From the NCBI GenBank assembly GCA_050916045.1, contig CP051526.1, positions 576,001 through 640,000 on the forward strand: a stretch of 64,000 nucleotides of DNA, written 5' to 3'. Source of the stretch: Tepidisphaera sp. (GTDB lineage: Bacteria; Planctomycetota; Phycisphaerae; Phycisphaerales; UBA1924). Shown in pieces: positions 19,014 to 28,952 of the stretch; the first letter of the stretch is position 1; every line of letters starts with the position of its first letter. The position numbers were made by a program, and so were the translations under genes. The notes beneath the pieces are model-generated. The model made no database searches. It was not told the origin of the DNA and saw only the letters and a program-made list of their open reading frames with translations.

Positions 19014-20051
19014 ATGGCGGACCTGCTGGACCAATCTGAAGTCGACCGTCTGCTCGCCGGCATCGGCGATGCGTCCGCGGCCACGGATGCGTCGGCCGAC
19101 GGTCCCGGCAAGCCGGCGATCTTCGCCCGCCGCAGCGGCATGGCCGCTCACAACGACCTGGAGGTCAAGGAATACGACTTCAAGCGGCCCGAACGCGTCT
19201 CCAAGGACCAGATGCGGGCCCTGCAGACCGTCCACGAGAGCTTCGCCCGAAACTTCGGCGCCGCACTCTCCGGGTTCCTGCGCACGATCGTGGAGGTCAA
19301 GGTCGCTACGTGCGAGCAGATGACGTACTCGGAGTTCATCTCCGGCCTGCCGAACCCGACGAGCTTCAACCTGATCGAATCGCCGGGCCTCGAAGGTCAG
19401 ATCTGTCTTGAGATCAGCCCGCTCATCATTTATCCGATCATCGACCGCCTGCTCGGCGGGAGCACCAAGGACCTCTTCATCCCCCAGCGTCCGATGACGG
19501 GGATCGAGAGCCGCCTGATCGGCAACGTGACAAGCCGCGGCTTGGCCGCGCTCTCCGAAGCCTGGTCCAGCGTCCGCAAGCTCGAGTTCGACATCACCGC
19601 GACCGAAAGCAACCCTCAGCTCGTCCAGATCGTCCCGCCCAACGAGGTCGTGATCGTGATCGGGTTTGAGCTTCGCATGAACGCCCGCGCGGGCACGATG
19701 AACCTGTGCATCCCGTACAACGTCATCGAGCCGTTGATGGAAGAGCTGAGCAACCAGAGCTGGTTTTCGGCTTCCCGCAACCAGCGTCAGCCCGACATCG
19801 AGCGGCAGATCTCGAAGAATCTCAGCCGCGCGGGCGTCGAGCTCGCCGTCGTGCTCGCGGAAACGACGATCACGCTCCACGATCTGCTCGTGATGGTCCC
19901 CGGCGACATCATCTCGACCGAGCGAGCGGCCAACCTGCCCGCAGTGGTGTCGGTCGAGGGCGAGAAGAAGTTCCTCGCGGAAGTGGGGCAGTACAAGCAG
20001 TCGCGAGCGATCCGCATCGTCAAGCCCGTGAGCGGCGGAGACCGGGTGTAG
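19014..20051 (+). CDS. fliM: Flagellar motor switch protein FliM
   Basis: LLDQSEVDRLL CheY-binding N-terminus, YDFKRPERVSKDQMR, QMTYSEFI, IDRLLGG, ESNPQLVQIV, C-terminal SpoA domain. Confidence 0.95.
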   Translation: MADLLDQSEVDRLLAGIGDASAATDASADGPGKPAIFARRSGMAAHNDLEVKEYDFKRPERVSKDQMRALQTVHESFARNFGAALSGFLRTIVEVKVATCEQMTYSEFISGLPNPTSFNLIESPGLEGQICLEISPLIIYPIIDRLLGGSTKDLFIPQRPMTGIESRLIGNVTSRGLAALSEAWSSVRKLEFDITATESNPQLVQIVPPNEVVIVIGFELRMNARAGTMNLCIPYNVIEPLMEELSNQSWFSASRNQRQPDIERQISKNLSRAGVELAVVLAETTITLHDLLVMVPGDIISTERAANLPAVVSVEGEKKFLAEVGQYKQSRAIRIVKPVSGGDRV

Positions 20052-20053
20052 CT

Positions 20054-20470
20054 TCATCGTTCATACCGAGGATCGTCAGCTTTCAGCATCTCGTCCGGGA
20101 CCGGCATGGCCGTGAGGATCACGGCGTCGATCGTCGGGCGGTTCTCGAGCAGGCATCGTGCGGCTCGGTGCATGCCGTCGAGCACGGCGAGCGGGTTGTC
20201 GCCCAGGGGGCCGAGGATGATCGGGACCGAGAGGTCGGCGGTCATGATCCGGCGGCAGTGGTCGGCGACCGCCCGGCAGGTCGGCTTCTTGCCCCACGCG
20301 TCGCTGAACCAGCAGACCTCATCCATCTCGCGGATCGCGCTCACGGGCACCGGCCGAGGCGTAAGCCCGACCGCCGCCGCCCAGAGCGTCGTCACGTGCC
20401 ACACCCGCTTGCCGTCAGAAAGCACGCGAGGTTCGCCGCCCGGATGGTGTGAAGCGGGGTTGAAAGCCAT
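20054..20470 (-). CDS. Small stand-alone ParB/Srx-like domain protein
   Basis: ADLSVPIIL...VLDGMHRAARCL resembles the ParB/Srx 'DGxHR' motif; start reassigned to ATG 20470. Confidence 0.65.
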   Translation of the reverse strand: MAFNPASHHPGGEPRVLSDGKRVWHVTTLWAAAVGLTPRPVPVSAIREMDEVCWFSDAWGKKPTCRAVADHCRRIMTADLSVPIILGPLGDNPLAVLDGMHRAARCLLENRPTIDAVILTAMPVPDEMLKADDPRYER

Positions 20471-20520
20471 GAGGGAAGGTACGGCGGTCGGAGTGCGCCA
20501 ATCCACGCGACCGCGTGCCG

Positions 20521-22719
20521 TCAGCACCCGCTCTCGAACGCGTCAACGAAGTCCGCGTAGTCGAAGAAGTCGATGAAGCCGTCCTGGTTGGCGTCGGCGG
20601 TCTGGCCTTGTGGGCAGCCTTCGGCTTGGAAGCACACGACGAAGTCGGCGTAGTCGAAGAAGTCGATGAAGCCGTCGGCGTTGAAGTCCGCGAGGCAGCT
20701 TGGCTCGGCGGTCCAGACGAAGGAGCCGGCGGGCTCGCGGACGGCGGCGTGGAGGCGGCCGTCGAGCACGATGAGGTCGAGGACTTCACCCTCGGGCGTG
20801 CCGGGGACGGGCTCCCAGCGGTCGCCGTCGGTGGAGCGGTAGACGCGGTCGGCGCCGGCGTAGGCGATGCCGTTCAGCAGCGCGAACGCGTTCACAGGGG
20901 CGAGGTCGGCGACATTGACCTCCGCGCGGGTCCACGTGCGGCCGGCATCGCGAGAGATGAAGACACCGCGGTCGATGCCGTTTGGATCAAGGAAGATCGG
21001 GAAGCCGATCGCTCCCGCGACGATGGTGTCGCCGAGGACGGCGAAGTCGTTGATCATGGGCGGGAAGCCGTTGGGATCAAGCGGGAGGCCGGCGTTGGAC
21101 CGGCTCCAGTTCTCGCCGCGGTCGGAGGAGCGGATCGGGCCGTTGCGGTAGGAGCCGACGAGGACGAGCTGGCCCCAGGGGCCGGACGCTTCGGCGATCG
21201 AGACGACGGGGTCGTAGACGGGCTCATTGAAGAGGTTGCGGGCCATGATGGGGTAGCCGCGGTTGATGCGGGTCCAGCCGGTGCCGGCATCGCTCAGGCG
21301 GAGCATGCCCCCGCCGCTGATCTGGAACTCCTGGTCGAAGAACTCGATGCCAAAGCCCGTGCCCGCGAGAAGCCGCCCGGCGTGGCGGGCGAACGCGGAG
21401 ACCTCGCGGAGCTGGTTGCCCGCGGTGCCGTTGTAGATGGGGACGCCGGTGTTCAAGGGGGCGAAGGTCGCGCCGCCATCGGTGGAGCGGACGATGCCGT
21501 CGTAGAGCGAGCCGACGAAGAGCGTGGAGCCCTCGGCGAAGAACCCGTCGGGCTGGATGCACGCGGGGATGCCGGCGGCGGAGTTGCTCCAGCCGGTCTC
21601 GGTGAGCGAGAAGACGCGCGCATTGCCTCGGCCGACGGCGTGGAGGCGGTCGGTGGCGGCGAGCTTGGCGGCGACGCCCAGCGCTGGCCCGCCGGGGACG
21701 GGTGACCATGAGAGCCCGGCATCGCCCGAGCGGAAGAGGCCCGACGAGGTTGAGATCACAAACTCGCCATCGCGGTGGTCCAGGTCCTGGATGAACCCCT
21801 CGATGCAGCGCGGCAGGCCCAGAGCGGCGGGAGCCCAGGTGCGGCCGGAGTCTTCCGAGCGGAGGAGGGGCGGCTCGCTTTGGGCGTTCGCGGCGATCAG
21901 CGTGCCGTCGCCGAAGATGAGGTGCGAGAAGCCACCGCCCGCGAAGAAGCCGCTCAAGGGCGCGGTGGTCCAGGTCCGGCCGAGATCCTCCGAGGCGAAG
22001 GTGATGCCGTCGGCGGGAACGATCCACGCATCGCCGATGACCGCCGGGCTTGCGGGGAGGAAGGAGGGGCCTTCAAGGCCCGACTCCTGCCACGTCTCGC
22101 CCAGGTCCAGCGAGATGAGGAAGCCCGAGCCGAAGGCGCGGGTGGCGATGAGGGCCCCGCCCACGGGAAAGATCGAGCTTGGGAACTCTCCTTCCGGGAA
22201 CGCGAGGGGCGCCCAGGTGTCGCCCGCATCGCCGGAGCGGAAGAGGAAGATGGGGTCGCCGGAGAAGGGATTTCCGAGGAGGAAGAGCGTGGTGTCGCTC
22301 GCGGCGAGCTGGGTCGCGGCGGGGAGGTCCGTCGCGATGGGCTGCCAGCCCGAGGGCTCGTGGCGGAAGAGGGCGCCATCGCCGCGGCGGACGAACTCGC
22401 GGAGCTGGTCGCCGCTTTGGTGGAGCAGGACCTGCTGGAAGGTGATGCCCGGAGCGGTGGGAAGCCCATCGGTCGCGTCGGACCACGCGTCCGCGTCGGC
22501 GGTCAAACGGAAGATGCGGGTGCGGTCACAGGCGAGGCCGCGGGTGGCGGTGGGGGGGATGGGGGGGGTGGGGGTGGGGGCGAGATCGAGGCTTTGCATG
22601 CTGGCGCCGGTGGCGGGCCCGGGGGTACGGGTCCAGCGAAGGCTCTGGGCGGAGGCGGAATGGGAAGCGGCGAGGCAGCAGGCGAGACCGGCGGCGAGGG
22701 CAAGGGCACGAATCGGCAT
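20521..22719 (-). CDS. Secreted BNR/Asp-box beta-propeller protein + double dockerin-like GC anchor
   Basis: Start ATG 22719 (AGGAG upstream; signal peptide); many S.D.G.TW Asp-boxes; ends CLADFNADGFIDFFDYADFVVCF...DFFDYADFVDAFESGC. Confidence 0.88.
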   Translation of the reverse strand: MPIRALALAAGLACCLAASHSASAQSLRWTRTPGPATGASMQSLDLAPTPTPPIPPTATRGLACDRTRIFRLTADADAWSDATDGLPTAPGITFQQVLLHQSGDQLREFVRRGDGALFRHEPSGWQPIATDLPAATQLAASDTTLFLLGNPFSGDPIFLFRSGDAGDTWAPLAFPEGEFPSSIFPVGGALIATRAFGSGFLISLDLGETWQESGLEGPSFLPASPAVIGDAWIVPADGITFASEDLGRTWTTAPLSGFFAGGGFSHLIFGDGTLIAANAQSEPPLLRSEDSGRTWAPAALGLPRCIEGFIQDLDHRDGEFVISTSSGLFRSGDAGLSWSPVPGGPALGVAAKLAATDRLHAVGRGNARVFSLTETGWSNSAAGIPACIQPDGFFAEGSTLFVGSLYDGIVRSTDGGATFAPLNTGVPIYNGTAGNQLREVSAFARHAGRLLAGTGFGIEFFDQEFQISGGGMLRLSDAGTGWTRINRGYPIMARNLFNEPVYDPVVSIAEASGPWGQLVLVGSYRNGPIRSSDRGENWSRSNAGLPLDPNGFPPMINDFAVLGDTIVAGAIGFPIFLDPNGIDRGVFISRDAGRTWTRAEVNVADLAPVNAFALLNGIAYAGADRVYRSTDGDRWEPVPGTPEGEVLDLIVLDGRLHAAVREPAGSFVWTAEPSCLADFNADGFIDFFDYADFVVCFQAEGCPQGQTADANQDGFIDFFDYADFVDAFESGC

Positions 22720-22876
22720 GGTGAGCGGCTCCTGGGGGCCGGGTGGCGAAGGCGCACCGGGCGGCCGCAGACAAGTGTTCCCAGGGGTGTGTGGTATTGC
22801 AGTGTGGGAGGGCAGAAGTTGGAACGGGTAAGCGGCGGTGTGGAGAGTGGGTGTGTGGGGGGGTGGGGGCATCGGC

Positions 22877-23086
22877 GGGCTGGAGGGAGCAGAAGAGGGC
22901 TTGGAGGCGGCCGTTGAGGGCTTGGATGGAGCAAAAGAAGGCTTGGATGGGGCAGCAAAGGGCTTGGATGGAACAAAAGAAGGCTTGGATGAGGCAGCAA
23001 AGGGCTTTGACGGAGCAGCAAAGGGCTTGGATGGAGCAGGAGAAGGCTTGAATGGAGCAGAAGAAAGCTTGAACGGGACCGTTGAC
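22877..23086. repeat. Degenerate tandem repeat, 10 x 21 bp (consensus GGCTTGGATGGAGCAGCAGAA/AAG)
   Basis: Units start at 22877, 22898, 22919, 22940, 22961, 22982, 23003, 23024, 23045 and 23066 with exact 21-bp period and no spacers. Confidence 0.93.
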
Positions 23087-23624
23087 GGGTGGATGGAGCC
23101 GCGACCATCCGCGTCTTCCGGATCGGGCCGATGAGGGGCGGATGGGGGGGGATCGGGGTGGGTGGTCTTCGGGGGGGTGGGGTGGGTGGGTGTGGGGGTT
23201 GTTGTCCCGGGGGTGGATGGTTCCTATGGTTGATCGGCTTTCGTGAGGATGCCTCGATCTGTCGCCGCGCTTGTTGCGGTGCGGAGCGGTGTGTTCTCGG
23301 AAGGACGAGGAACGCTTGATGATGCTGGCAGGATGTCATGCTCGTTAGGCTTCACCAGCTCCGTGCTGGTGAGGGCGGTTCCACCGTCATGCTCTCAAGA
23401 GGAGGGCGGATGGTGTAGGCCCCCGGTTCCATTTTCGCGCGGAGCACGTTCATTGCGTGCGAAGCGTGGGAGCGTCCTTTGGAGAGGCCTTGAGCGCGTG
23501 CTCGGGGCTTCGCGTGTTTTTGGACATGCGCGCTCCGGGGGTTCCGGAGCGGTGGAAAGACGGTCAGGTCGGAACATCTCGACATCTCGTCAGACATCTT
23601 GACAGGTCGGAATCGGAGTCAGCC

Positions 23625-24980
23625 ATGAACGCGACGGAAATGAACAGGATCCTGGACGCCATCGCCCGCGAGCGGAACATCGACAAAGCGGTGCTCGTGC
23701 GGGACCTTGAGCGGGCCATGGTCTCGGCTCTTCGCAAGTTCTTCAACACGCTGGACGTCGAGGAGTTCTCGGCCAAGATCGACCCCATCGCGGGCTCGAT
23801 CGAGGTCTTCCGCCACGGCGAGCCGCTGACGCTCAAGCCGGGGGATCTGGGCCGCATCGCGGCGCAGACCTTCAAGCAGGTGATGATCCAGGGCTTCCGC
23901 GACGACGAGCGGGCTTCGATCCTGGAAGAGTTCGGCAAGCGCGTCGGCGACATCGTGACGGGCACCGCTCAGCGGTACGAGGGCGGGAGCCTGGTCGTCA
24001 CGATCGACCGGGCCGAAGCGTTCATGCCCAAGAGCGAGCAGATCCCCGGCGAGGTGTTCACGGCGGGCGACCGCGTGCGGTGCCTCGTGCTTGATGTCCG
24101 CGATGCGGGCAGCCAGGTCAAGATCGTCCTCAGCCGAGCGAACCCGGACTTCATCAAGCGCCTCTTCGAGGTCGAGGTCCCCGAGGTCGCCGAGCACGTG
24201 ATTGAGATCAAAGCCATGGCCCGCGAAGCCGGGTACCGCACCAAGATGGCCGTCTCGTCGGTCGACAGCAAGGTCGACGCGGTGGGGGCGTGCGTGGGTG
24301 TCCGCGGCAGCCGCATCAAGAACATCGTCGATGAGCTCAACGGCGAGAAGATCGACATCGTCCGCTGGAACGAGTCGAGCCAGATCCTGATCCAGAACTC
24401 GCTCAAGCCGGCGGAAGTGGCGGAGATCTCGCTCTGCTTTGAACTGGGCCGGGCGACGGTCGTCGTGCGCGATGACCAGTTGTCGCTGGCGATCGGCAAG
24501 CGTGGCCAGAACGTGCGGCTCGCGGCCCGTCTGACGGGCTGGGACATCGACATCCTGACGCCCGCGGAGTTCAACAAGGGTCTGGAAGCGATGTCCGAGA
24601 CGCTCAAGGGCATCGAGGGGATCACGGACGAGATGGTGGACAAGCTCGCGGCTTTGGGCATGGTCAGCGTCTTCGACATCGAAGAGGTTGGAGCCGAGGT
24701 CATCGCCGGCGAACTGGGCATCACGGTTGAGTACGCGACGAACGTGGTTGAGATCTCCTCGGCCCGGGCCAAGGTGGTGGCGGCCCAGCAGCAGGCGGAG
24801 AAGGAAGCCAAAGCCCGGGAGCAGTCCCAGGCGCAGGACGCGGCACGGCGTGCCTTGCTCGAGGGCGGCTCGGCCGAGTCGGGCGAAGCGGCGGCGGCGG
24901 CGATTCTGGGAGCGGGCCCGGCCGCGGCTCCCAGCGCGGCCGACGACGCCCGTGCGGCTGACATTCTGGGCCAGTCCTGA
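23625..24980 (+). CDS. nusA: Transcription termination/antitermination factor NusA
   Basis: GRIAAQTFKQV, AREAGYRTK, DAVGACVGVRGSRI, LSLAIGKRGQNVRLAARLTGW; GGAG before ATG 23625. Confidence 0.97.
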   Translation: MNATEMNRILDAIARERNIDKAVLVRDLERAMVSALRKFFNTLDVEEFSAKIDPIAGSIEVFRHGEPLTLKPGDLGRIAAQTFKQVMIQGFRDDERASILEEFGKRVGDIVTGTAQRYEGGSLVVTIDRAEAFMPKSEQIPGEVFTAGDRVRCLVLDVRDAGSQVKIVLSRANPDFIKRLFEVEVPEVAEHVIEIKAMAREAGYRTKMAVSSVDSKVDAVGACVGVRGSRIKNIVDELNGEKIDIVRWNESSQILIQNSLKPAEVAEISLCFELGRATVVVRDDQLSLAIGKRGQNVRLAARLTGWDIDILTPAEFNKGLEAMSETLKGIEGITDEMVDKLAALGMVSVFDIEEVGAEVIAGELGITVEYATNVVEISSARAKVVAAQQQAEKEAKAREQSQAQDAARRALLEGGSAESGEAAAAAILGAGPAAAPSAADDARAADILGQS

Positions 24981-25065
24981 AACGGGACGGGTTCAGCCAA
25001 CGATGGATGCGTGAGTGTGAGGGATCGGGGTTCGGTGGTGGCGGGAAACTTGCTGGAGAACGCGT

Positions 25066-28000
25066 TTGGCAGCCAAGCGGATCTTTGAACTGGCGAAGGA
25101 ACTGGGGATCGAGTCCAAGGTGATCATCGCCAAGTGCGTTGAGGAAGGCGTCTCACCGGACAAGGTCAAGAACCACATGGCGACTGTGTCGCCGGGCCTC
25201 GTGGAGTCCATCCGCGAGTGGTTCCCCGGCGCGGGCGGCGGAAGCGTCGCCGTGGCCGAGAGCGCTCCCAAAGCCAAGGCTCCCAAAGCCGCGCCGGCCG
25301 AGCCCACGCCCCCCCCGCCCGACGAGCACGCGAAAGCCACGCCCGTCGTCGTCAAGGCCGGAGCAACCGTCGTCGCCAAGCCCGCGACGCCCGAAGCCCC
25401 GCCCCCGGCTCGAACCTCCGCACCCCTCCCGACGTCGGTCAACATCCCCGCCGAGCCTCCCCGGCCCGTCGCGCCGCCCGTCGAGAAAGCCCCCGACAAG
25501 CCGCAGGCTCCCGCACCGACGGTCATCCGTCCGGCGGCGTCCGCGCCGGTGGTTGAGAAGCCCGTCGAGCCGGCCCGGCCCGAGGTCGTCTCGCGGCCGA
25601 TCGCTCCGACGCACATCGCGCCGCCGACCGGCGGAGCGCCTGCTCCGGAAGCCCCGGCCGCGCCCGTCGCGCCGGTCAGCCGTCCTTCCGGCCCCGGCAA
25701 TCCGCCCGGCTCCGCTCCCCGGACCCCCGTCGCGCATTCTCCTTCGGTCACGATGAACGTTCCGCGCAAGCCGACGGTCGTCTCGCCGGCGGGGCCGCAG
25801 CTGGCTTCGGTTCAGAAAGCTCCGGCCAAGCTGTCGGGCCCCAAGGTCGTGCGCGTCGAAGAGCCGGACCGGCTCGAAGCTCCGCGTCCGCGTCGCTTCA
25901 CGCCCGGCGCGCCCTCCGGCCCCGGCGGCGGCATGGCGCCTCGCGGTCCCGCCCGTCCGGGCGAGACGGAGGATGATCGCGGTCGCAGCCCGCGTCGCAA
26001 GGGCGCGGGCCCCGGCGGCCCCGGCGCCGGACCGGGCATGCGTCGCTCCACGGGAGCGGGCGTGCCGGATCGCCGTCGCGCAACCACGACGCCCGACAAC
26101 TGGGTCGGCGGCCAGGTCTTCTCCGAACAGGACATCATCGAGCGCGAAGCTCGCCTCGCCCGCGCCGGCGGGTTCGTCAAGAAGCACAAGCAGCAGATGA
26201 AGGGCCCCGGCGGCCCCGGCGAGATCGGCCCGATCGAGAACAAGTTCAAGATCGCCCAGCCGTTCACGATCAAGGAGCTTTCCGAGGTCACCGGCGTCAA
26301 GGGCGCCGAGATCGTCAAGAAGCTCTTCCTGCAGGGCGTGATGGCCACCATCAACTCGGGCATGGACCCGCAGAAGGCCATCGAGATCATGATGGACTTC
26401 GACATCGAGCTCGAGGTCGTGGAAGCCAAGACCGCGGAAGAGGTCCTCGACGAGGATCTCATCAAGCGGGCGGCCGTCGATGAACGCCCGCGCGGTCCCG
26501 TCGTCACGATCCTCGGCCACGTCGACCATGGCAAGACGTCGCTCCTGGACAGGATCCGCAACGCCAACGTCGCCGCGGGCGAAGCCGGCGGCATCACGCA
26601 GCGGACCAGCGCCTTCAAGGTGCCCGTCGAGGTTGCCGGTGACAAGAAGGAAATCGTCTTCCTCGACACCCCGGGCCACGAAGCTTTCACGTCCATGCGT
26701 TCACGCGGCGCCAACATGACCGACGTCATCGTCCTGGTCGTGTCCGCTCCCGAGGGCGTCATGCCCCAGACGATCGAGTCCATCGCCCACGCGAAAGCCG
26801 CCGGCGTCCCCCTCGTCGTCGCTCTCAACAAGATCGATCGCCCCGACGCGACCGAAAGCCAGGTCCAGAAGACCCTGCGTCAGCTCGCGGACGCCGGCCT
26901 CCAGCCCACCGAGTGGGGCGGAGAGACCGACATCGTGCGCACCAGCGCGACGACCGGGCAGGGCATCAAGGAACTCCTGGAGCTCCTCGATTACCAGTCG
27001 CAGCTCAAGAATCTCCGGGCCGACTTCGACGGCACGGCGAGCGGCGTCGTGATCGAAGCCCGCACCGAGGAAGGTCGCGGTGCCGTCGCCAGCCTGCTCG
27101 TCCAGCAGGGCAAGCTCAAGGTCGGTGACTTCGTCGTCGCCGGCCGCGGTTTCGGCCGCGTCCGCGACATCCACAACGATCGCGGCGTCAAGATCCGCGA
27201 GGCTCTGCCGCCCAGCCCGGTGCAGATCTCCGGTATCGACATGGTCCCCGACGCGGGCGACAAGTTCTACGTCGTTTCGTCGCTCAAGAAGGCCGAGGAA
27301 GCCGCCGACCACCGCCGCCACCGCGAGCGCGAAGCCGAACTGGCCAAGCCCAAGCTCACCCTCGACAGCCTGTTCTCGCAGATGCAGGACAACGAGGTGG
27401 AGGTCAAGGAGATCAAGATCGTTCTCAAAGCCGCGGAACAGGGCACGGTCGACGTGCTCACCAAGGAATGCGAGAAGATCGGCACCTCCGAGGTCAAGGT
27501 CCGCGTGCTCCACTCGGCCGTCGGCGGCATCAACCGTTCGGACGTCCAGCTCGCCGACGCTTCCAAAGCGATCATCATCGGGTTCAACGTCATCGCCCTG
27601 GGCGAAGCCCGCACGCTCGCCGAGCAGAAGGGCGTCGAGATCCGCACCTACGACGTCATCTACAACATCACGGATGACCTCAAAGCCGCGGCCGAGGGCA
27701 TGCTCGCTCCGGAGCTCCGCCAGGAGGTCCTGGGCCACGCCGAAGTCCGCCAGGTCTTCAACATCTCCAAGGTCGGCACCATCGCCGGCTGCTACGTCAC
27801 CGACGGCGTCATCGAACGCAACGCGTTCATCCGCGTCACGCGCGGCGGCGTGGTGGTGCAGAACGAGCGCGTCCTCGAACAGCTCAAGCGGTTCAAGGAC
27901 GACGCGAAGGATGTTCGCACCGGCATGGAATGCGGCATGAAGGTCGTCGGGTACGACGACATTAAGGTCGGCGACGTCATCGAGTGTTACAAGCAGGTGG

Positions 28001-28068
28001 AGTTCAAGCGCACGCTCGCCGGCGGGGTGGTCGCTCCCGAGAAGCCCAAGGAGAAGAAGAAGCAGTAA
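25066..28068 (+). CDS. infB: Translation initiation factor IF-2 (TTG start, Pro/Ala-rich N-region)
   Basis: [66 protein letters not shown]. Confidence 0.98.
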   Translation: MAAKRIFELAKELGIESKVIIAKCVEEGVSPDKVKNHMATVSPGLVESIREWFPGAGGGSVAVAESAPKAKAPKAAPAEPTPPPPDEHAKATPVVVKAGATVVAKPATPEAPPPARTSAPLPTSVNIPAEPPRPVAPPVEKAPDKPQAPAPTVIRPAASAPVVEKPVEPARPEVVSRPIAPTHIAPPTGGAPAPEAPAAPVAPVSRPSGPGNPPGSAPRTPVAHSPSVTMNVPRKPTVVSPAGPQLASVQKAPAKLSGPKVVRVEEPDRLEAPRPRRFTPGAPSGPGGGMAPRGPARPGETEDDRGRSPRRKGAGPGGPGAGPGMRRSTGAGVPDRRRATTTPDNWVGGQVFSEQDIIEREARLARAGGFVKKHKQQMKGPGGPGEIGPIENKFKIAQPFTIKELSEVTGVKGAEIVKKLFLQGVMATINSGMDPQKAIEIMMDFDIELEVVEAKTAEEVLDEDLIKRAAVDERPRGPVVTILGHVDHGKTSLLDRIRNANVAAGEAGGITQRTSAFKVPVEVAGDKKEIVFLDTPGHEAFTSMRSRGANMTDVIVLVVSAPEGVMPQTIESIAHAKAAGVPLVVALNKIDRPDATESQVQKTLRQLADAGLQPTEWGGETDIVRTSATTGQGIKELLELLDYQSQLKNLRADFDGTASGVVIEARTEEGRGAVASLLVQQGKLKVGDFVVAGRGFGRVRDIHNDRGVKIREALPPSPVQISGIDMVPDAGDKFYVVSSLKKAEEAADHRRHREREAELAKPKLTLDSLFSQMQDNEVEVKEIKIVLKAAEQGTVDVLTKECEKIGTSEVKVRVLHSAVGGINRSDVQLADASKAIIIGFNVIALGEARTLAEQKGVEIRTYDVIYNITDDLKAAAEGMLAPELRQEVLGHAEVRQVFNISKVGTIAGCYVTDGVIERNAFIRVTRGGVVVQNERVLEQLKRFKDDAKDVRTGMECGMKVVGYDDIKVGDVIECYKQVEFKRTLAGGVVAPEKPKEKKKQ

Positions 28069-28143
28069 GCCGGCGTCGTCGCCCGCCCCGGCCCCCCGGG
28101 TCCGCGGTGCGCCCCGACTCCGCGCCCTGCCGCTTGCAGAACC

Positions 28144-28545
28144 ATGGTCGTCGGAATCCTCCAGTTCGAGCTTCACATCCACGGCGCCGAGTCCCTCAAG
28201 GACAAGCGCCGCGTGATCTCGTCCGTGCGCGACAGGCTTCACCGCGAGCATCAGGTGAGCGTGGCCGAGGTCGCCGCGCAGGACATCCTCAACCTCGCCG
28301 TCATGGGGCTTGCGATGGTCGGGAACGAGGGGGGCCACGTCGGCCGCACGCTCGACTCGATTACGGCCAAGCTCCGGGCGCTGGGCGACGCCGAACTCGG
28401 CCTGACCTCGCGAAGGCTGATCCACGGGCATGAAGCCCAGGAACTGTCGGACGAGGATGCGGTCGATGAGACCCTCGCGGCGGAGATGCTTTCGCGCGGT
28501 GAAGAAATCTTCGCTCCTCCGGCGAAAGGGAAGGACACCCGATGA
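28144..28545 (+). CDS. DUF503 (YlxP-like) protein
   Basis: MVVGILQFELHI..AESLKDKRRVI...VSVAEV..QD; typical position between infB and rbfA. Confidence 0.88.
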   Translation: MVVGILQFELHIHGAESLKDKRRVISSVRDRLHREHQVSVAEVAAQDILNLAVMGLAMVGNEGGHVGRTLDSITAKLRALGDAELGLTSRRLIHGHEAQELSDEDAVDETLAAEMLSRGEEIFAPPAKGKDTR

Positions 28546-28952
28546 CACGCCGCCAGGAACAACTCGCATCCGTCCTTCGCGAAGCCGTTCAGGAGGTCCT
28601 GAGCCGCGGCCTCAACGATCCGCGCGTCTCGGGGTTGATCACCGTGACCGGCTTTGAGCTTTCGCCCGACCTCGAGTACGCCACGGTCCGCGTCTCGGTC
28701 CTTCCCGCCGAACGCCAGCAGCTCACCTTCCACGGCATCAAAGCGGCCGGAGCCTACATCCGCCGCGAGGTCGGCGACAAGGTGAAGAACCGCAAGCTGC
28801 CCAAGTTCAACTTTGAGCTCGACTCGAGCTTCAAGAAACAGCTCGGCGTCATCGAAGCGCTCGAGCACGCCAAGCACGGGCAGAAGCCCGCGGGCTGGGG
28901 CTCAGCGCCGGCCAAGGGCCCGGATTCACCGGGGGAGGCCGGTTCCCCGTGA
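28542..28952 (+). CDS. rbfA: Ribosome-binding factor A
   Basis: RRQEQLASVLRE...LNDPRV..ITVT..LSPDL..A.V.VS...P.FNFELD. Confidence 0.93.
   Translation: MTRRQEQLASVLREAVQEVLSRGLNDPRVSGLITVTGFELSPDLEYATVRVSVLPAERQQLTFHGIKAAGAYIRREVGDKVKNRKLPKFNFELDSSFKKQLGVIEALEHAKHGQKPAGWGSAPAKGPDSPGEAGSP

Noticed and set aside
1446..20700. Recurring GACTTCTTCGACTACG-like DNA repeats as mobile or REP elements
   Set aside because: All are in-frame coding sequence for the DFFDY dockerin-like tail.
22877..23086. CRISPR array interpretation of the 21-bp repeats
   Set aside because: Units are contiguous and degenerate with no unique spacers; no cas genes in the window.
22720..23226. N-terminal extension of the BNR protein through the 21-bp repeat
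   Set aside because: The frame is open up to a TAG at 23224-23226 but has no start above 22872; the RBS and signal peptide support ATG 22719.
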